NCBI GenBank assembly: GCA_951406725.2
Contig: OX597819.1
Location: 90,458,001 to 90,522,000, forward strand
DNA: 64,000 bases
Reading direction: 5' to 3'
Source of the DNA: Octopus vulgaris
Lineage: Eukaryota
The notes beneath the pieces are model-generated. The model made no database searches, was not told the DNA's origin, and saw only the letters and a list, made by a program, of their open reading frames with translations. Both the position numbers and the translations under genes were made by a program. Positions within the stretch are counted from its first letter, which is position 1; each line of letters begins with the position of its first letter. Below, piece after piece: positions 60,750 through 64,000 of this stretch.

Positions 60750-63700
60750 TATGCCGCCATGTGCTAGTGCCAGTCTGCAATTTGACAGAACATGTCTAAC
60801 CGTCGCTTTCTCTCCGTATCTACACTCATCGGTTGTTTTTATGTTCCACCGGACTAAGTTCGCCTGTGAGAGTAGAACGTCGAAGGTAGACTTAATCAGG
60901 AAGGATGTTCTTGCTTGTTCCCAAGCCCAAAGTTCCTTCCATGATATTCTGCGGTTGATCACATATTCCTCCCATCTCAGGAACTATCCCTATTGACTGC
61001 ATTGCACCAAATGTGCATTTCGCCTTTCTTCTTCCTCCTTTCTCACTTCGTATACCATTGCCTCTTTCATCTCTTTTAGACTGCTCTTGCAAAATGGCCT
61101 GAAATTTTGCGACCCTAGGCCGGTTCTTGCGTCGCTCCGACTATATCTGCGTGCCTTAGTTTTCCGATCGCCCGGTTTACTGCCTCTTCCGCCTTCCATT
61201 TCCTCCCTGTTCGTACTTTGGAGGGTTTTCCCGGATGCTCTGATCTTTTGAATACCTTAGCATCATTACTGTCCTTACCTTTCCTGCCTTATATTCTTCA
61301 GCGATTGATGTTATTGGTAGTTGCAGCACGGGTTTTCCATATAGTGCAGTTGTATTCAGTGGTTTCAGCAGACCAAGCCATTTTCTGATAAACACACTGC
61401 ATCTTTGTTCCATCCTTTCTACTCTACTCGAGGCTATTTCGTACATTTGCAATGGCCACATTATTCTTGGGTACAGCCCAAATTGCAGTATCCAACATTT
61501 GAATTTTCCCGGCAGCGTTGTTCTGTCAATTGCCTTTAATCCTTGTTCTACTAACTCGTGTGTTTCTTTCCCTTGCTTCTTATCATTAAAAAATCTCTAT
61601 ACCATATGCCGAGACTCTTTACTGGTCGTTCTTTCACCGTTGGTATATCTTCACCTCCTATCCTGAATTTCACTTCTTCTTGCTTTCCTTTCACGAAAGC
61701 CACACTTCGAGATTTTTTGGCTTTGAATTTCATCCTTGCCCAGCCTATCAGTTCGTCCAACCGCTCTAACGTTCTCTCTGCTGCTTCTCTACTTTCCGAT
61801 AATATAGTTACGTCGTCCATAAAAGCCCTTAATGGTGTCTTTGTAACAGCTTTCTCACAGTTTGTAGATCTAAGTAACATTTCCATGGCTAGCACGAATA
61901 AGATGACTGATATCGTGCATCCGGCTGCAATACCTATTTCAAGCCTTTGCCACTCCGTTGTGAACTTTCCTGCTGTAAATCTCATCCTCAGGTTGTCGTA
62001 GTACTACATGAGCATTTGTTGAACATCTTATGGAATCCAAAAGAAATCCATCGCTGTTTTTACTACTGCGTGCGGAACAGATCCATAAGCATTGGCAAGA
62101 TCTAGCCAAACAATATACAGGTTTTTCTTCATTTGTTTTACACAGATGATGGTTCCCAGATGGCAAATGCGTATTATATGCACCCAGGGATTCCTGATTT
62201 TTGGATTGCTTCATTAACGTACCCGTTATGCTGTACGAATCTTATGATTCGTCTAGCAATTATTCCGAACATGATTTTCCCGTCAGTATTTAATAATGAA
62301 ATTGGTCTAAATTGACCTAGTGTTTTTGCCTCTTTTTCTTTAGGTAGATAGATACCTTCAGCTATACACCATCGCTCCGCTATATCTTTCTTCTTCCACA
62401 TTTCTCTTATCAGTGCAAACAGCTGCAAACGTAATTTCGGGCAATATTTATATACCTTGTAGCTCACTCCACCGTTCCCCGGTGAACTTTTTGCTCTTGC
62501 TTTTCTTATGAACTCATCCATTTCTTTCCATTTGATGTCACTCAAATCAAATGGTACTCTTATTTCAGGTGGTTTCTTCAGTCCGTGCATTTCTGGGAGT
62601 ACTTAATTTCTGTCAGAGTCGCTGTATGTCTCTTTCAGATGTTGTTCGAGCTCTTCTTTCGTGCAATCCAATTTTCCGTGTTTACTTTCAGTAAATAGAT
62701 GTTTCGCATATTGATAGGGATTGTTCACAAAGCTACGATAGTTTTTTTCTCTCACCTTTCTTCTGCTCCTCCTTCTCTGTTTTCTTAGCAGATCTCGATG
62801 CCTCTTTTTTATCTCTTCATATAGCTGCTTTAGCCCTTCTCTTTCTTCCTCCTTTGCATCCCTCCATCTGGTTCTGAGTTTTTTCTTCTCTTCTCGAATC
62901 TTTGCGATCCGTCTTTCTCTCCTCAATGGTCCGCTCTTTGCCGTTGATTCTACCTTCCCTGTTGTTTCCAGTCCAAATCTTTCTCTCCTTCCTGGTAGAT
63001 TGTATTAGCCAGGTTTTCGAGCTTTTGTTCGTCGTCGCCTTTGAATTTGGTGGTCATTCTTGCTACCTCGTCGTCAATTTTTTTATAACTCGCTGCGTCA
63101 TTTGCTTTCGGTTACTTAATCTTTGTCCTCTTCACGCCTATCAGTCTTTTTGACTGTTCCAATTCAACTGTGGAATGAACCTCGCTATGGTTATTTTCCA
63201 GTGGGGTCTGGCCACACGTCTTATGGTTTATCAACCCACGTTGTTGAATTACTTTCTTCTGACACACCTTCCCTTGGTAGATTCTCAGCCCGATGTAACT
63301 AGCAAACACCTTCCGCAGCAGCTGAACTCCTCATCTACCATTCCTGTACCGTTTCCTTTCTCATTGTCCATTTCCGGTCCAAGTCCATTTCGTTTTTTTT
63401 CCATCCCTATTTGATCCTTTATTCTCCCCCCGTGGTCCGGGATCTTGGGGGCATGATTTCCCATCTTTTTTCGTTGCAATTTTACACCGGATCGGGCTGC
63501 AAGCCCATTTGATCCTTCGTTACGCTGTCGTACTGTCAAGCGTCTCTCCGCTTTGTCATCCCTCTTTCTGGATTGTCAGCAAGTCTTTCCCTGCTGTCAG
63601 TATCTGAGGAATTACGACCGTGTTTCGTGGTCTGTTACCACAACAGCTCCTTTATATGATCCGGTTAGCTCAAGACATCATCAGAAGGAACCACGTCCGG

Positions 63701-63780
63701 TTTCGGCCCCTACTCCTCTACCGTTTTGACGTGCCCCCCCCCCCCCCTTCGGAGGTGTCTTCAACTCTGGTGTTGGGTGC
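60750..63780 (-). mobile_element. HERO-clade (restriction-like endonuclease type) non-LTR retrotransposon, frameshifted and 3'-truncated
   Basis: N-terminal C.CG...GLRI.QGK.C finger. RT motifs FRPISLLNTDGK, WLDLANAYGSVPH, GIAAGCTIS, RAFMDD, MKFKAKKSRS, LPGKFK.W. FLIKSTFDVL and HVLSNC knuckle. The endonuclease domain is missing. Confidence 0.9.
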
Positions 63781-64000
63781 ATATCTTCTTTTTTCTTCTT
63801 TCTTCTGTTCCCTGGCCTCTTCGATTATATACTATAATGTATATGAATTATTAAATTATACAAGAAACCATATAGGCTTTTGTCAATTCGATTATTGCGC
63901 TCCATTTATTATAAAATACCATGATTTCTTTAACGGGAAAAGTTTAAGCGCACACACACAGCTTTAATAAAACATTGTTGAAGTTTTTTTTTTTCCGTGT

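Noticed and set aside
61558-63414. Plus-strand ORFs over the HERO element
   Set aside because: Antisense shadows of the minus-strand RT.
63660-63715. Canonical type II hammerhead (GAAA…CTGATGA, minus strand)
   Set aside because: Only about 4 nt are available for stem I, and the stem II strands do not abut the core.

Overview
AT-rich, intron-containing eukaryotic genomic DNA. The SINE and LINE repertoire suggests an octopus, which is an inference and not a database result. Two convergent genes can be built by hand with consistent splice phases. (1) Plus strand, 1-6133: the 3' exons of an unidentified RNA-binding protein (RRM end KVEFAK, RG-rich region, poly-Asn tail). It is followed by about 7 kb with no recognisable transposon, which holds a candidate 30-nt microexon, candidate alternative last exons and a long 3' UTR. 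(2) Minus strand, 59699-18378: a complete six-exon EEF1AKMT2/METTL10 lysine methyltransferase of 219 aa. Its introns and the intergenic DNA carry piggyBac remnants and MITEs, a DD37D Tc1/mariner, hAT and GG...CC foldback MITEs, Helitron ends, RTE, CR1, R4/Dong, Tx1-like and HERO LINEs, and several tRNA-derived SINE families. The most unusual structure is a non-autonomous LTR element (about 23710-27640, minus strand). It carries a ladder of six 'LTR end + tRNA-Trp primer-binding site' motifs at roughly 50-bp spacing, a seventh after the other LTR, mosaic LTRs and a young nested CR1 LINE. No CRISPR array, rRNA or true tRNA gene was found. Repeat boundaries without TSD evidence are approximate.
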